From positions 1 through 52,212 of the forward strand of contig JAJYVV010000003.1 of the NCBI GenBank assembly GCA_021791815.1: a stretch of DNA of 52,212 bases. Direction: 5' to 3'. The number at the start of each line of letters is the position of its first letter. Within the stretch, counting starts at the first letter, position 1. Position numbers and translations under genes: made by a program. Below the pieces are notes generated by a model. It saw only the letters and a program-made list of their open reading frames with translations. It searched no databases and was not told the origin of the DNA. The stretch comes from Bacillota bacterium. Its GTDB lineage: Bacteria > Bacillota > Sulfobacillia > RBS10-35 > JAJYVN01. Below are positions 1 through 9,289 of this stretch, one piece after another.

Positions 1-1058
1 TCCGCCGAGGCGTGGGCGCAGATGCAGGGGGCGGTGAACTCGAGCGAGCGGTCGAGGTCGATGCCCGCCGGCGCGCCGTCGCGCACGGCCGCCAGGAACT
101 GCGCGAGGGCGAGATGATCGCGGGAGGGGTGACCGCCGGCGGCCCAGGGCGCCGCCGGGCCGTGGGGGCGGGGCAGGTCGCTTCCGAGGGGTATGCGCAT
201 CAGGCCGCGGGCGTGCGGCACGGCCTCGAGGTAGGCACGGCAGGATTCGGGGTGGCCCGCCTCGACCTCGCGCTCGGTCTCCACGAAGCCCCGGGTGCCG
301 TAGACGGAGTAGTAGCAGGACTTCGGCTCGCGGGCGACCGCGAAGCCGCAGAGCACCTTCAGGACGCCCCCGCCGGCCAACTGGAACAGACCCACCTCGA
401 TGTCCGGCACCGGGGCCGCCGGGTCGATCCGCGGGCCCGTCCCCAGCGCCGTGGCGCGCACGCAGCGGTCCCCGAACACGTGGAGCAAGGGGCCGAGGGC
501 GTGCGTACCATACTGCATCGGCGGGAACGCGCCGCGCCACGCCCGCGTCCCGTCCGGGGCCGTGAACTGCCACCGCAGGTCGTGGACATACTCCCCTTCG
601 CCGTACACGGGGGAGCCGAGGAGGCCGCCGTCCACCATGGCCCGCCATGACTCGATGAAGGCGAAGTAGCGGTAGTTCTCCAGCATGCTGTACACGCGGC
701 CGGAGGCCCGCGCGGCCTGCGCCAACGCCGCGCACTCCTCCAGCGTGCAGGCCGCCGGGACCTCGCAGCCGACATGCTTGCCCGCCCGCAGCGCGGCGAT
801 GGCGTGGCGGGCGTGGAGCGGCGCGGGCGTGGCCACGACCACCGCGTCGACCGGCGCCTCGAGGAAGTCGTCCAGGGCGGTGAAGGCGCGGGGCACATCG
901 AATTCCCGGCGCGCGCGTTCGAGCGCCGCGGCGTCGAGGTCGCAGATGGCCTCCACCCGCGTCTCGGGGAACGCCCGCAGCTGGCGCAGCAGGCTGGTGC
1001 CCCGGCGCGAACTGGAGGCATCGGGGCGTCCCACGCCGAGGATGCCGACGCGCACCAC
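1..1058 (-). CDS. Gfo/Idh/MocA family oxidoreductase (3' end runs off the window)
   Basis: Own translation from GTG at 1058: VVRVGILGVG...VEAICDLD...VVVATPAPLHA...KHVGCEVPAA...MLENYRY. No stop before base 1, so it is absent from the ORF track. Confidence 0.85.
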   Translation of the reverse strand, partial: MVRVGILGVGRPDASSSRRGTSLLRQLRAFPETRVEAICDLDAAALERARREFDVPRAFTALDDFLEAPVDAVVVATPAPLHARHAIAALRAGKHVGCEVPAACTLEECAALAQAARASGRVYSMLENYRYFAFIESWRAMVDGGLLGSPVYGEGEYVHDLRWQFTAPDGTRAWRGAFPPMQYGTHALGPLLHVFGDRCVRATALGTGPRIDPAAPVPDIEVGLFQLAGGGVLKVLCGFAVAREPKSCYYSVYGTRGFVETEREVEAGHPESCRAYLEAVPHARGLMRIPLGSDLPRPHGPAAPWAAGGHPSRDHLALAQFLAAVRDGAPAGIDLDRSLEFTAPCICAHASA

Positions 1059-1261
1059 CGGTACCACCCCCCGGGCGAGCCCGAGCGCCGCGGGCCAGGG
1101 TGCGGCGGTGCCGGCTTCTGGATCCCGCCGCCGCTGCCCTGCGGGCGCACGCCCGGGGCTTCGGGCGCCGCGCGGGCGGCGATTCCGACCGCCGCCAACC
1201 GCCGCCGGGCGGGCCGGGTGTACGGGGGGCGGACCTTCGCCCGCCGAGGAGGGATGTCCCC

Positions 1262-2215
1262 GTGCACCCGGCCGGCCGGCCCGCCCCCGCCGCGCCGAGC
1301 TTTGCCGCCGTCCTGGACCCCCTGCTGCCTCGGGCCCTGCGGGCGGCGCGCGCCTTCCTCGGCCCCGGCCCGGCGGGCGGCATGGCCGAGGACGCGGTCC
1401 AGGAGGCGTTGCTGCGGGCGTTCCGCGCCTGGCCCGCGCTCCCGGACAAGGAACGCGACGTATGGCCTTGGCTCTGCACGATCGTGCTCCGCGAATGCCG
1501 GCGCCTGGCCGGGCGCGAGCGCGAGCGGACCGAGCGGCTCGTTCCGCTCCCGCCCGGCGACGGGCTGGACGACGGCCGTCCGGGGGCGCCCGCCGGCCCC
1601 CTCGAAGCCGTCATCGCCGGCGAGGACCGCGCGGAGGCCGTCCGCGCGCTCGGGGCGCTCCGGGGCGGCCTCCGGACGGCCGCCGAGCTGCGGTATGTCC
1701 ACGGCCTCTCGTGCGCGGACGCGGCGGCGGTGCTCGGCGTCCCGGTCGGCACGCTGAAGTGGAGGATGCATGCAGCGCACGCGCGCCTGCGGGCCGCCCT
1801 CGTGCCGGGTGAGGAGGCCGGCCGCTTCCGCCCGGGATGGGAGGCCCCTCCCGAAGCCGCCCTTCCGCCGGCCGCGCCCCTGCCGCCGGTCCTGCGCGTG
1901 GCCGTGCCTGGGGCCTCCCCCGGCTGCTTCTCGGGGCAGGCCGGCGGCTGGCCGCCGGGCGCCCTTGAGGTCCCCGCCGCCGACGGGCCGGTCCACTTCG
2001 CCGCGCCGTCGCGGGTGGCCGGCCGCCACCCCGGGGCATGGGTGGCGGCCGAGCGGGCCCACCATCTCTGGTGGGAGGCCGCGGGCCGGGTCTGGCGGGC
2101 CTGCGGGCCGTCCGTCGGCGCCGTGCGGGCGGCGGCCGAGGGGCGCGCCGCGGAGGTAGGCCCTGCATGGGCGACGTCGCCGGCCCCGCACCGGGGGGGC
2201 GACGCCCGTGGATGA
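1262..2215 (+). CDS. ECF (sigma-70 group 4) RNA polymerase sigma factor with C-terminal extension
   Basis: Region 2 (AEDAVQEALLRAF...WPWLCTIVLREC) and region 4 (LRYVHGLSCADAAAVLGVPVGTLKWRMHAAHARLR). GAGGAGG SD before GTG 1262. About 130 extra C-terminal residues. Confidence 0.85.
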   Translation: MHPAGRPAPAAPSFAAVLDPLLPRALRAARAFLGPGPAGGMAEDAVQEALLRAFRAWPALPDKERDVWPWLCTIVLRECRRLAGRERERTERLVPLPPGDGLDDGRPGAPAGPLEAVIAGEDRAEAVRALGALRGGLRTAAELRYVHGLSCADAAAVLGVPVGTLKWRMHAAHARLRAALVPGEEAGRFRPGWEAPPEAALPPAAPLPPVLRVAVPGASPGCFSGQAGGWPPGALEVPAADGPVHFAAPSRVAGRHPGAWVAAERAHHLWWEAAGRVWRACGPSVGAVRAAAEGRAAEVGPAWATSPAPHRGGDARG

Positions 2216-4421
2216 GGCGCACCCCGCCTCCCGTCTCCTGGCCCGCCTGGCGGACGTCCGCGTCCTGGCCGGCCAGCACCGTATCGCCCTGTCGCCCGAC
2301 GGCGCCGCCGTCGCCTACGCGGTGCGCCGCGCCCACGGCGATCCGGAGCCGGAGAGCGGCTTCTACCCGAGCGGCGCGCCGCTCCTCGCCCGCGGCTGCA
2401 CGCTGCTCGTGACCGACAGCGCGTCGGCCGAAACCGCCTGCCCCCTGCCGGACCCGAGCGCCCGCTCCTGGCGACCCTCCTGGGCCCCGGACAGCCGCCG
2501 CCTGGCGTTCTACGCGGATGCGGGCGGAAGGGTGCGGCTGCACGTGTGGGACCGCGCCGGCGACGGCCCGCCCCGAGCCTACCCCGAGCCCGCCGTCCGC
2601 TGCCGCGGGCATGCGGCCGACCGGCCCCGCTGGAGCCCCGACGGCGCCGCCCTCTACCTGCCGCTTTGCCCGCCCGGCCTGGAGGGCGCCTTCGCGGGCG
2701 GGACCGCGGGCCCCGAGCCGCAGCCCATCGTGCTGCGCGCCGGCGCGGCGGCGGAACCCGCCCTGGAGGAGGGCCGGCGGCGGTGGGGCGCCGACGTGGG
2801 CCGGGTGGATGCCGCCACCGGCGCCGTGGAGCGCCTGACGTCGGGCCTGCCGGTGGCCGAGCCCCACCTGTCGCCCAACGGGCGCTGGCTCGCCTTCTAC
2901 ACCCTTTCGCGCGCGGAGCCGGCCGCCGGCGACGGGGCCGAGGCGTGCGACCTGTATGTCCTGCGGGCAGCCGGGGGGGAGCCCCTGCCGCTCGCGGTGG
3001 GCCTGCCCGGGTCGAGCCACCGCCGGCACCGGCCGGCGTGGGGGCCGGATGGGTCCCGCCTGGCGTTTTTGCGCGAAGGGCGTCCGTTCGTGGCCGACCT
3101 CCACGCGGCCCCTGGCCGGCCGGAGCCGTGGGGCGACCCGCCGGAAGCGGCCGACGAGCGGTATCTGGCGTGGACCCCGGACGCCGCCGCCCTGCTTGTG
3201 CGCGGGCGGAGCGGGGCGCTGTGGCGGGTTCCCGCGGCCGGGAAGCCCGTCCGGATCGCCGTTCCGGACGGGTGGGTCCCCTCGCGTCCGCTCCAGCCCG
3301 AGGCCGGGGACGCCGCGGCCTCGTGGCGCGGAGGGTTGCTGGTCCCGGCCCGGGCCGCCGACGGGGCGACGGCGCGCCTGTTCGGGCTGCCGGCTGTCGG
3401 GGCGGCGCGCGTGCTGTGGGAGGACGCGGCGGAGATCACGGCGCAGCCGTTCCATGAGACCTGGCACTGGTTCGCGGACGTGACCGCGGAAGGCGATGTC
3501 GCGGTGCACGCCCGGGAGACGGCCGCGGAGCCGGCGGACCTGTGGTGCTGGCGCTCGGGGGACGGGCGGGATGCCGGCCCGACCCCCGCGCGGCGCCTAA
3601 CGGAGCTCAACCCCGGCCTGTCGGCGCCGGGGCGGCGGGAGGTCGTGCGCTTTCGGACCCCGGGGCCGGGGGGCGAGTCCCGCGGCCTGCTGTGGCTGCC
3701 CTGTTCCGGGGAGCCGCCGTTCCCGGCCGTGGTGATCCTCCACCCGGATCTGGCGCCCTCGGCGGCGCCCTGCCGCTTCGAACCGGAGGCCGCCGCCGGT
3801 TTCGCCGCGGCGCACCTGGTCGCGCGCGGGTTGGCGGTGTGGATGCCCGACTTCTCCTGGCCGTCGGGCGACCGGGACCGCGGCGAGGCCGTGGCCTGGG
3901 ATGCGGCCGCCGCGGCGGACGCGGCGGTCGCGGCCGGGTGGCTCGACCCCGCGCGCCTGACCGTGGCCGGCTACGGTCTGGGCGGCTTCGCCGCCCTCAG
4001 CCTGCTCCTGCGCACCGACCGCTTCCGGGCCGCCGCCGTCACGGCCGCGATCGTGGACTGGAGCGCGTACTTCGGGGACCTGCAGGTGTGGCAGGGCGCG
4101 CCCGATACGTTCGCGGCCGGGCAGTGCGAGGCGGTGCTCGGGGCCGCCGGCGGTCCGTGGGCGGACCCATGGCGCTATGTGCGCGCATCGCCGCTCTACG
4201 CGTTGGACCGCCTGCGGACGCCGGTGCTGGTGATCGCCGGAGGCGAGCCGGCGCCGGGCGGCGCCGGGGCCCTGTTCGCCGGACTGCACCGCCTGGGCCG
4301 CGAGGCGGTGCTCCTGCGCTACCCGCGGGAGGTGGGGGAGGCCCCGTTCCACTGGCGCCCCGAGGCCTTCCGAGACGTGGCGCGCCGGATCGCGGAGTGG
4401 CTGGTCGCGGCGGTGGGCTGA
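2208..4421 (+). CDS. S9 (prolyl oligopeptidase/acylaminoacyl peptidase)-like protein, catalytic triad apparently degenerate
   Basis: N-terminal propeller repeats (LSPDG, WAPDS, WSPDG, LSPNG, WGPDG). C-terminal alpha/beta hydrolase (LDPARLTVAGYGLGG, RTDRFRAA, ASPL..LDRLRTPVLVIAG). Start overlaps the sigma stop by 8 nt. Confidence 0.8.
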   Translation: MDEAHPASRLLARLADVRVLAGQHRIALSPDGAAVAYAVRRAHGDPEPESGFYPSGAPLLARGCTLLVTDSASAETACPLPDPSARSWRPSWAPDSRRLAFYADAGGRVRLHVWDRAGDGPPRAYPEPAVRCRGHAADRPRWSPDGAALYLPLCPPGLEGAFAGGTAGPEPQPIVLRAGAAAEPALEEGRRRWGADVGRVDAATGAVERLTSGLPVAEPHLSPNGRWLAFYTLSRAEPAAGDGAEACDLYVLRAAGGEPLPLAVGLPGSSHRRHRPAWGPDGSRLAFLREGRPFVADLHAAPGRPEPWGDPPEAADERYLAWTPDAAALLVRGRSGALWRVPAAGKPVRIAVPDGWVPSRPLQPEAGDAAASWRGGLLVPARAADGATARLFGLPAVGAARVLWEDAAEITAQPFHETWHWFADVTAEGDVAVHARETAAEPADLWCWRSGDGRDAGPTPARRLTELNPGLSAPGRREVVRFRTPGPGGESRGLLWLPCSGEPPFPAVVILHPDLAPSAAPCRFEPEAAAGFAAAHLVARGLAVWMPDFSWPSGDRDRGEAVAWDAAAAADAAVAAGWLDPARLTVAGYGLGGFAALSLLLRTDRFRAAAVTAAIVDWSAYFGDLQVWQGAPDTFAAGQCEAVLGAAGGPWADPWRYVRASPLYALDRLRTPVLVIAGGEPAPGGAGALFAGLHRLGREAVLLRYPREVGEAPFHWRPEAFRDVARRIAEWLVAAVG

Positions 4422-4696
4422 GGGCCGCCGGCGGCTGCTCCGCCGCGGATGGGCACCCGCCCCCCGCCGCGCGGCCTCCCGTCCGCGACGGCCCGCCTGC
4501 CGGCTGCCTTCGCCACGGATCTCGTCCCGCGCGCGGGACTCCATCACGACGGGGGCGCCTGGGAGCCCTACGCTTGCCGCGGCCGGCGGAGGACTGGACG
4601 CGGCTGGAGACCCGCGCCGGGCTTGCCCGGGACCCGCATCGCGGTGGGCTCCGCCCCGTTCGCCTCCGCCCGGGCCCGCGGCCGACAGCCCCGCCC

Positions 4697-7600
4697 TCAG
4701 AACGCCGCCCGCCGCCACCGCAGCGAGGTCGGGCCCCGGCGGAAGCCGGCCGCCGTCAGCGCCTCGAGCACGGCGGCCGGGGCGTCCAGGACGGGGGCGC
4801 CGTCCCATTCCGCGACCTCCACCCGCCCGCGTGGGCCGGGCAGTTGGTGCAGGGCCGCCGCCACCTCCGCCAGGGCCGCCGCCGGGAGTTCCCGCAGCGG
4901 CTTGCAGAGACGACCGTGGGCCGAGCACTGCAGGGCCGGACGGCCCGCCTGCACGACGACGAAGCTGCCCGGGCGCCGCGGCGCCTCGCGCCACACGCAG
5001 GCGGGGTCGCAGCCCCCGATCACGCGCGTGCCGCCGGGTGCGGCGCCCCCCACCTCGCGGAGGCCGTCGACGTCGGCCGGCCGCGCGAACTGCAGGCCGC
5101 CCAAGCCCCGGACGAAATGGCCGCGCAGCGCCCCGGCGCGCTCCAGCGCCGGCACACCGGCGCTCCAGGGCACGGGCGGGCCAGCGAGTTCCCATACCTC
5201 GCGCGAAACCACGCCATACCGTCCGAGCATCTGCGCGGCCCAGGCCTCCGCCTGCGGCGCAGCCGGCGGCAGGGGCCACCACCGCCCGCCCTGCGCCGGC
5301 TGCCCGGGGCTCGGTTTCGCGCGCAGGGGCTCCAGCGCGTCGTTGGAGATCGCTCCGGCGCGGGCCAGTTCCGCCAGCCGCCCGGCCAGGGCGCCGGCCT
5401 CCATGCCCGTCCGCGCCCGCAGGTCCGCGAACCATGGCGCGGAGCCCGGCGCCAGCGCGGCGGCCAGCTCGGGAGGCCCGCCGATGGCGGCCGGCGCGGC
5501 CGCGAGCGCCGGGTAGTCCTCGCGGGCGAAGAAGGCAACGGCATCGCCGCGCGCCGCCCAGAGGAACTCCCCGCGGGCGAGCAGGCGGTCGAGGTCGGCG
5601 GCGCGGAAGCCCGGGATCTTGGCCGGCAGCACCTGCTCGAGCCACACCTCCACGGGCAGGAAGCAGCCCTGCAGGCGCCCGAGGCACGCGGCCGCGTCCC
5701 CGCCGGCCTGCCGCCGCCAGACGAACTCGGCGAAGGCGTCGCGGGAGACCGGCGCGATCTCGGCGCGGGCCAGCGCGAGCGCGCGCCGCCGCACCATCCG
5801 CCGCACCGCGGGGTGGCCGTACCGCCCGCCCCCGAGGGGCACGAGACCCAGGGCCCCCAGGTCGGGGGGCTCCCAGCCGAAGCGCCGCCGGACCTCTTCG
5901 GGCGTCAGGCCGGGGACGGCCGAGGCCCAGCGGAGGACCCACGCGGTCCGGGCCTCCGGGAGGCCGGCCGCGGCGGCCGCCCAGGCCGCCACGTCCTCGG
6001 CGGCCACCAGGCGGCCGTCCGCCTCCACCACGCGCCCGGCCGCGCGCAGCTCGGCGAGCAGGCCGCGCTCGTCTTCCGCGACCTCTGCGGGCAGCACCGG
6101 GCCCACCCGCAGGAAGCGGTCGTGCAGTTCATCCGCGGACCGCGGGCGCCCCCACAGGCGCCGGCGCAGGGCGGCTTCGGCCTTCTCCAGGTATGCGCCG
6201 GCCGCCGCCTCCGCCCCGTCCTCCTCCGCCAGCCCGGCGGCGAGGTCCGCGGCGCCCGCCTCCGCGCGCGGCGCGTCCCCCGCATACAGGCCCTCGGCCT
6301 TGAAGCGGAACTCCAGCTCGGACGCGAGCGGGCTCGGCCCCGGCCTCTCCCGCACGGCGACCGCGATGCGCCGCGCGGCCACCGCTTCGAGGACCGCCCG
6401 CCAGGCCGGCACGTCGAAGGCGTCCTCCAGGCATTCGCGCAGCGTCTCCTGGACCAGCGGGAAGTCCGGATAGCGCCGCACCGCCGCCAGGAGGTCGGCG
6501 GCCCGCAGCCGCTGCAGCCAGAGCGGCGCCCGCCGCCGGCCGTCCCCCCGTTCCAGCAGGAGAGCCCGTCCCGCCACCTCCCGGAAGCGGGCGGCGAACA
6601 GGGCCGTGCGCGGCAGGTCCGCTACGAGGGCGTCCTCCAGGGCCCGCGGGCTCCAGCGCACGAGGAGGTCGGCGGGCGACCCGCCGGCCGAGCGGCCGCT
6701 CCCGTCGGGCCGCGCCGGCAGCCTCAGGAGGAACCCGTTGTCCGAGACGGCGGCGTCGGCGGCCACCCCGGCCTCCCTCAGCAGCATGGCGCGGAGGGCC
6801 AGGCTCCACGGCCGCGTCACCGCGCGTCCCAGGGGCGCGTGGAGGCACACGCGCAGATCGCCCAGCGGGTCGCGGTACCACTCGAGCACCAGCTGCTCGG
6901 GGGAGGGCAGGCACCCCGCCGCCGCCTGTTCCGCCACGAAGGAGCGCAGCGCGCGGGCCGCGCCGGCCTCCAGCCGGCAGTCCTCCGCCACGTCCGCCCA
7001 CCAGCTCCCGTCCCGGTCCGAGCCGCCCAGATGGCGCTGGGCGTCCCCCCAGAAGCGCAGGAGGGCCTCCCCGAGTTCGGCCGGGCGCCCCGGCCCGTCC
7101 CCGTGCCAGAACGGGACGCGGGGCAGGGCGCCGGCCCCGGGGGTGACCAGCACGCGGTCGTGGGTGATGGCGGCGATGCGCCAGACGGTGGTGCCCAGCA
7201 CGAACGAGTCGCCCCGGCGGCTCTCGTGGACGAACTCCTCGTCGAGCTCGCCCAGGCGTCCCCCGTCCGGCCCGTACACCCCGAACGCGCCGCGGTCGGG
7301 GATGGTCCCGACCCCCCGGATCGCGGCCCGGGACGATCCCGGCCGCGCGCGGACCGTGCGAGCCTCCCGGTCCCAGGTCGCCAGGGGCCGCGTCCCGTAC
7401 CGGCCCGACACCAGTTCCAGGACGGCCTGGAGGTCGTCCGCGCCGAGGTCGCGGTAGGGGTGGGCGCGGCGGACGAGGTCGAGAAGGGCCGCCGGCGTCC
7501 AGTCCTCCACGGCGGCCATGGACACCACATGCTGGGCCAGGACGTCCAGGGCCCCCCGGGGCACGCGCGTGGCCTCGATGCGTCCGAGCCGCATCTCCCG

Positions 7601-8824
7601 CGCGACGATCGCGGCTTCCGCGAGGTCCGGGGCCGTCCGGCAGACGATGCGTCCCGCGCTGGTGCCGCCCACCTGGTGGCCCGCGCGCCCCACCCGCTGC
7701 AGGCCGCGCGACACCGCGCCCGGGGAGCCGACGAGGATCGCGAGGTCGATGGCGCCCACGTCGATGCCCAGCTCCAGCGTCGCCGTGGCGCAGAGGGCCC
7801 GCAGTTGCCCGCCCTTGAGCGCCGCCTCCACCTGCTCCCGTGCCTCGCGGGACACCGAACCGTGGTGGGCGCGGCAGATCTCCTCGCCCGCGAGGTCGTT
7901 CAGGCGGCGGGTGAGCGACTCGGCGCGGCCGCGGTTCGGGACGAAGATCAGCGTCGTGCGGTGGGCCCGCACGTCCTCCAGGACCAGCGGCGCGATCGCG
8001 TCCCAGACGGAGTCGCCGGGGATGTCCCGGAAGTCCGGGACGGGGACCGTGACGCGCAGGTCCAGCCGCGGGGCCGAGGAGCCGGATGGCCCGGGGGCCG
8101 TGCGGTCGACGACGGTCACGTCGTGGCGGCCGCCGAGGAAGGCGGCGATGGTCTCGAGGGGCCGCTGGGTCGCCGACAGGCCCACCCGCTGGGGCGCCCC
8201 ACCGGCCGCGAGCCGCTCGAGGCGCTCCAGGGACAGGGCCAGGTGGGTGCCGCGCTTCGTTCCGGCCATGGCGTGGATCTCGTCGACGATGACCGTCTCC
8301 ACGCGGGCGAGCGCGGGCAGCGCCCGGGGCGAGGTGAGGAGGAGGAAGAGCGACTCCGGGGTGGTGATCAGGATGTCGGGCGGGGTCCGGACCTGGCGGG
8401 CGCGCGCGGAGGCGGGCGTGTCGCCCGTGCGCACGGCCACGGTGGGCATGCGCAGCGTCTCGCCGCGCCGGGCGGCCTCGGCGGCGATGCCCGCGATCGG
8501 CGCCTGCAGGTTGCGGTGCACGTCGTTGTCCAGGGCCTTCAGCGGCGAGATGTAGAGGACGCGGACGCCGGACCCGGAAGCCGGTCCGCGCGGGGCGGCC
8601 GGACGCGCCAGCCGGTCGATGGCCGTCAGGAAGGCGGCGAGGGTCTTGCCGCTCCCGGTGGGAGCGGCGAGCAGCACGTGCTCGCCCCGCGCGAGCAGGG
8701 GCCACGTGGCGGCCTGCGCGGCCGTGGGCTCGCCCAGCGCGCGGCAAAACCACCCGGCGACCGCCGGGTGGAAGCCCGCCAAGGGATCGGCCGGAGGGGC
8801 CGGCGGCGTGCTGCCACGGCGCAT
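4697..8824 (-). CDS. lhr: Lhr-like ATP-dependent DEAD/DEAH-box helicase (long form)
   Basis: APTGSGKT, YISPLKAL, RTGDT, ITTPESL, VDEIH, GLSAT, AHHGS, LELGID, QRVGRAGH, GTIPDRG, LDEEFVHESRRGD, C-terminal RGHFVRGLGGLQFA. ATG at 8824. Confidence 0.9.
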   Translation of the reverse strand: MRRGSTPPAPPADPLAGFHPAVAGWFCRALGEPTAAQAATWPLLARGEHVLLAAPTGSGKTLAAFLTAIDRLARPAAPRGPASGSGVRVLYISPLKALDNDVHRNLQAPIAGIAAEAARRGETLRMPTVAVRTGDTPASARARQVRTPPDILITTPESLFLLLTSPRALPALARVETVIVDEIHAMAGTKRGTHLALSLERLERLAAGGAPQRVGLSATQRPLETIAAFLGGRHDVTVVDRTAPGPSGSSAPRLDLRVTVPVPDFRDIPGDSVWDAIAPLVLEDVRAHRTTLIFVPNRGRAESLTRRLNDLAGEEICRAHHGSVSREAREQVEAALKGGQLRALCATATLELGIDVGAIDLAILVGSPGAVSRGLQRVGRAGHQVGGTSAGRIVCRTAPDLAEAAIVAREMRLGRIEATRVPRGALDVLAQHVVSMAAVEDWTPAALLDLVRRAHPYRDLGADDLQAVLELVSGRYGTRPLATWDREARTVRARPGSSRAAIRGVGTIPDRGAFGVYGPDGGRLGELDEEFVHESRRGDSFVLGTTVWRIAAITHDRVLVTPGAGALPRVPFWHGDGPGRPAELGEALLRFWGDAQRHLGGSDRDGSWWADVAEDCRLEAGAARALRSFVAEQAAAGCLPSPEQLVLEWYRDPLGDLRVCLHAPLGRAVTRPWSLALRAMLLREAGVAADAAVSDNGFLLRLPARPDGSGRSAGGSPADLLVRWSPRALEDALVADLPRTALFAARFREVAGRALLLERGDGRRRAPLWLQRLRAADLLAAVRRYPDFPLVQETLRECLEDAFDVPAWRAVLEAVAARRIAVAVRERPGPSPLASELEFRFKAEGLYAGDAPRAEAGAADLAAGLAEEDGAEAAAGAYLEKAEAALRRRLWGRPRSADELHDRFLRVGPVLPAEVAEDERGLLAELRAAGRVVEADGRLVAAEDVAAWAAAAAGLPEARTAWVLRWASAVPGLTPEEVRRRFGWEPPDLGALGLVPLGGGRYGHPAVRRMVRRRALALARAEIAPVSRDAFAEFVWRRQAGGDAAACLGRLQGCFLPVEVWLEQVLPAKIPGFRAADLDRLLARGEFLWAARGDAVAFFAREDYPALAAAPAAIGGPPELAAALAPGSAPWFADLRARTGMEAGALAGRLAELARAGAISNDALEPLRAKPSPGQPAQGGRWWPLPPAAPQAEAWAAQMLGRYGVVSREVWELAGPPVPWSAGVPALERAGALRGHFVRGLGGLQFARPADVDGLREVGGAAPGGTRVIGGCDPACVWREAPRRPGSFVVVQAGRPALQCSAHGRLCKPLRELPAAALAEVAAALHQLPGPRGRVEVAEWDGAPVLDAPAAVLEALTAAGFRRGPTSLRWRRAAF

Positions 8825-9289
8825 GGGGGCCAGTTCGCGGCGCAGACGGCGATCCCCGTTCCCAAAGGGCCCCCCGCCTTGCAGCCGGAGCGCGGCGCGT
8901 GGGTGGGCCGCCGGGGCCGCGGGCGTAGCCACGGGGTATGGGCGCGTTCCGGTGGCGCCGGCGGTCCTCGAACGGTCCGCCCCTCGCGGCTGGGGCACGT
9001 GGGCGGTGAGAGGCGCGTCCGGCGCCGCGGACAGGCGATCGGCGGTGTCCCCGGCCGCCCGCCGTCTGGGAGCGGGGCGCCGATCGGACAGGGGTGGGCG
9101 CTCCGGGCCCTCCCGGAGACGCCGGACGGCCCCGACCGGTTGCCGCGCCGGCCATCCGCTGGCCGTGCGAGGGGGACCCTCCCGGACCCGGGTCGAAGCA
9201 CCCCCGCCGCCGGGGCGGGCTCGCCGGCCCCTTCCGAGCCCGCCCGACCTCCTGGCCCGCCCCGGCCGTATCCCCTGGGAGGTGCCGCC

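Noticed and set aside
8825-9289. 465-nt intergenic region between lhr and the D-TA gene (also 4422-4696)
   Set aside because: No recognisable RNA motif, repeat or credible ORF found by eye.
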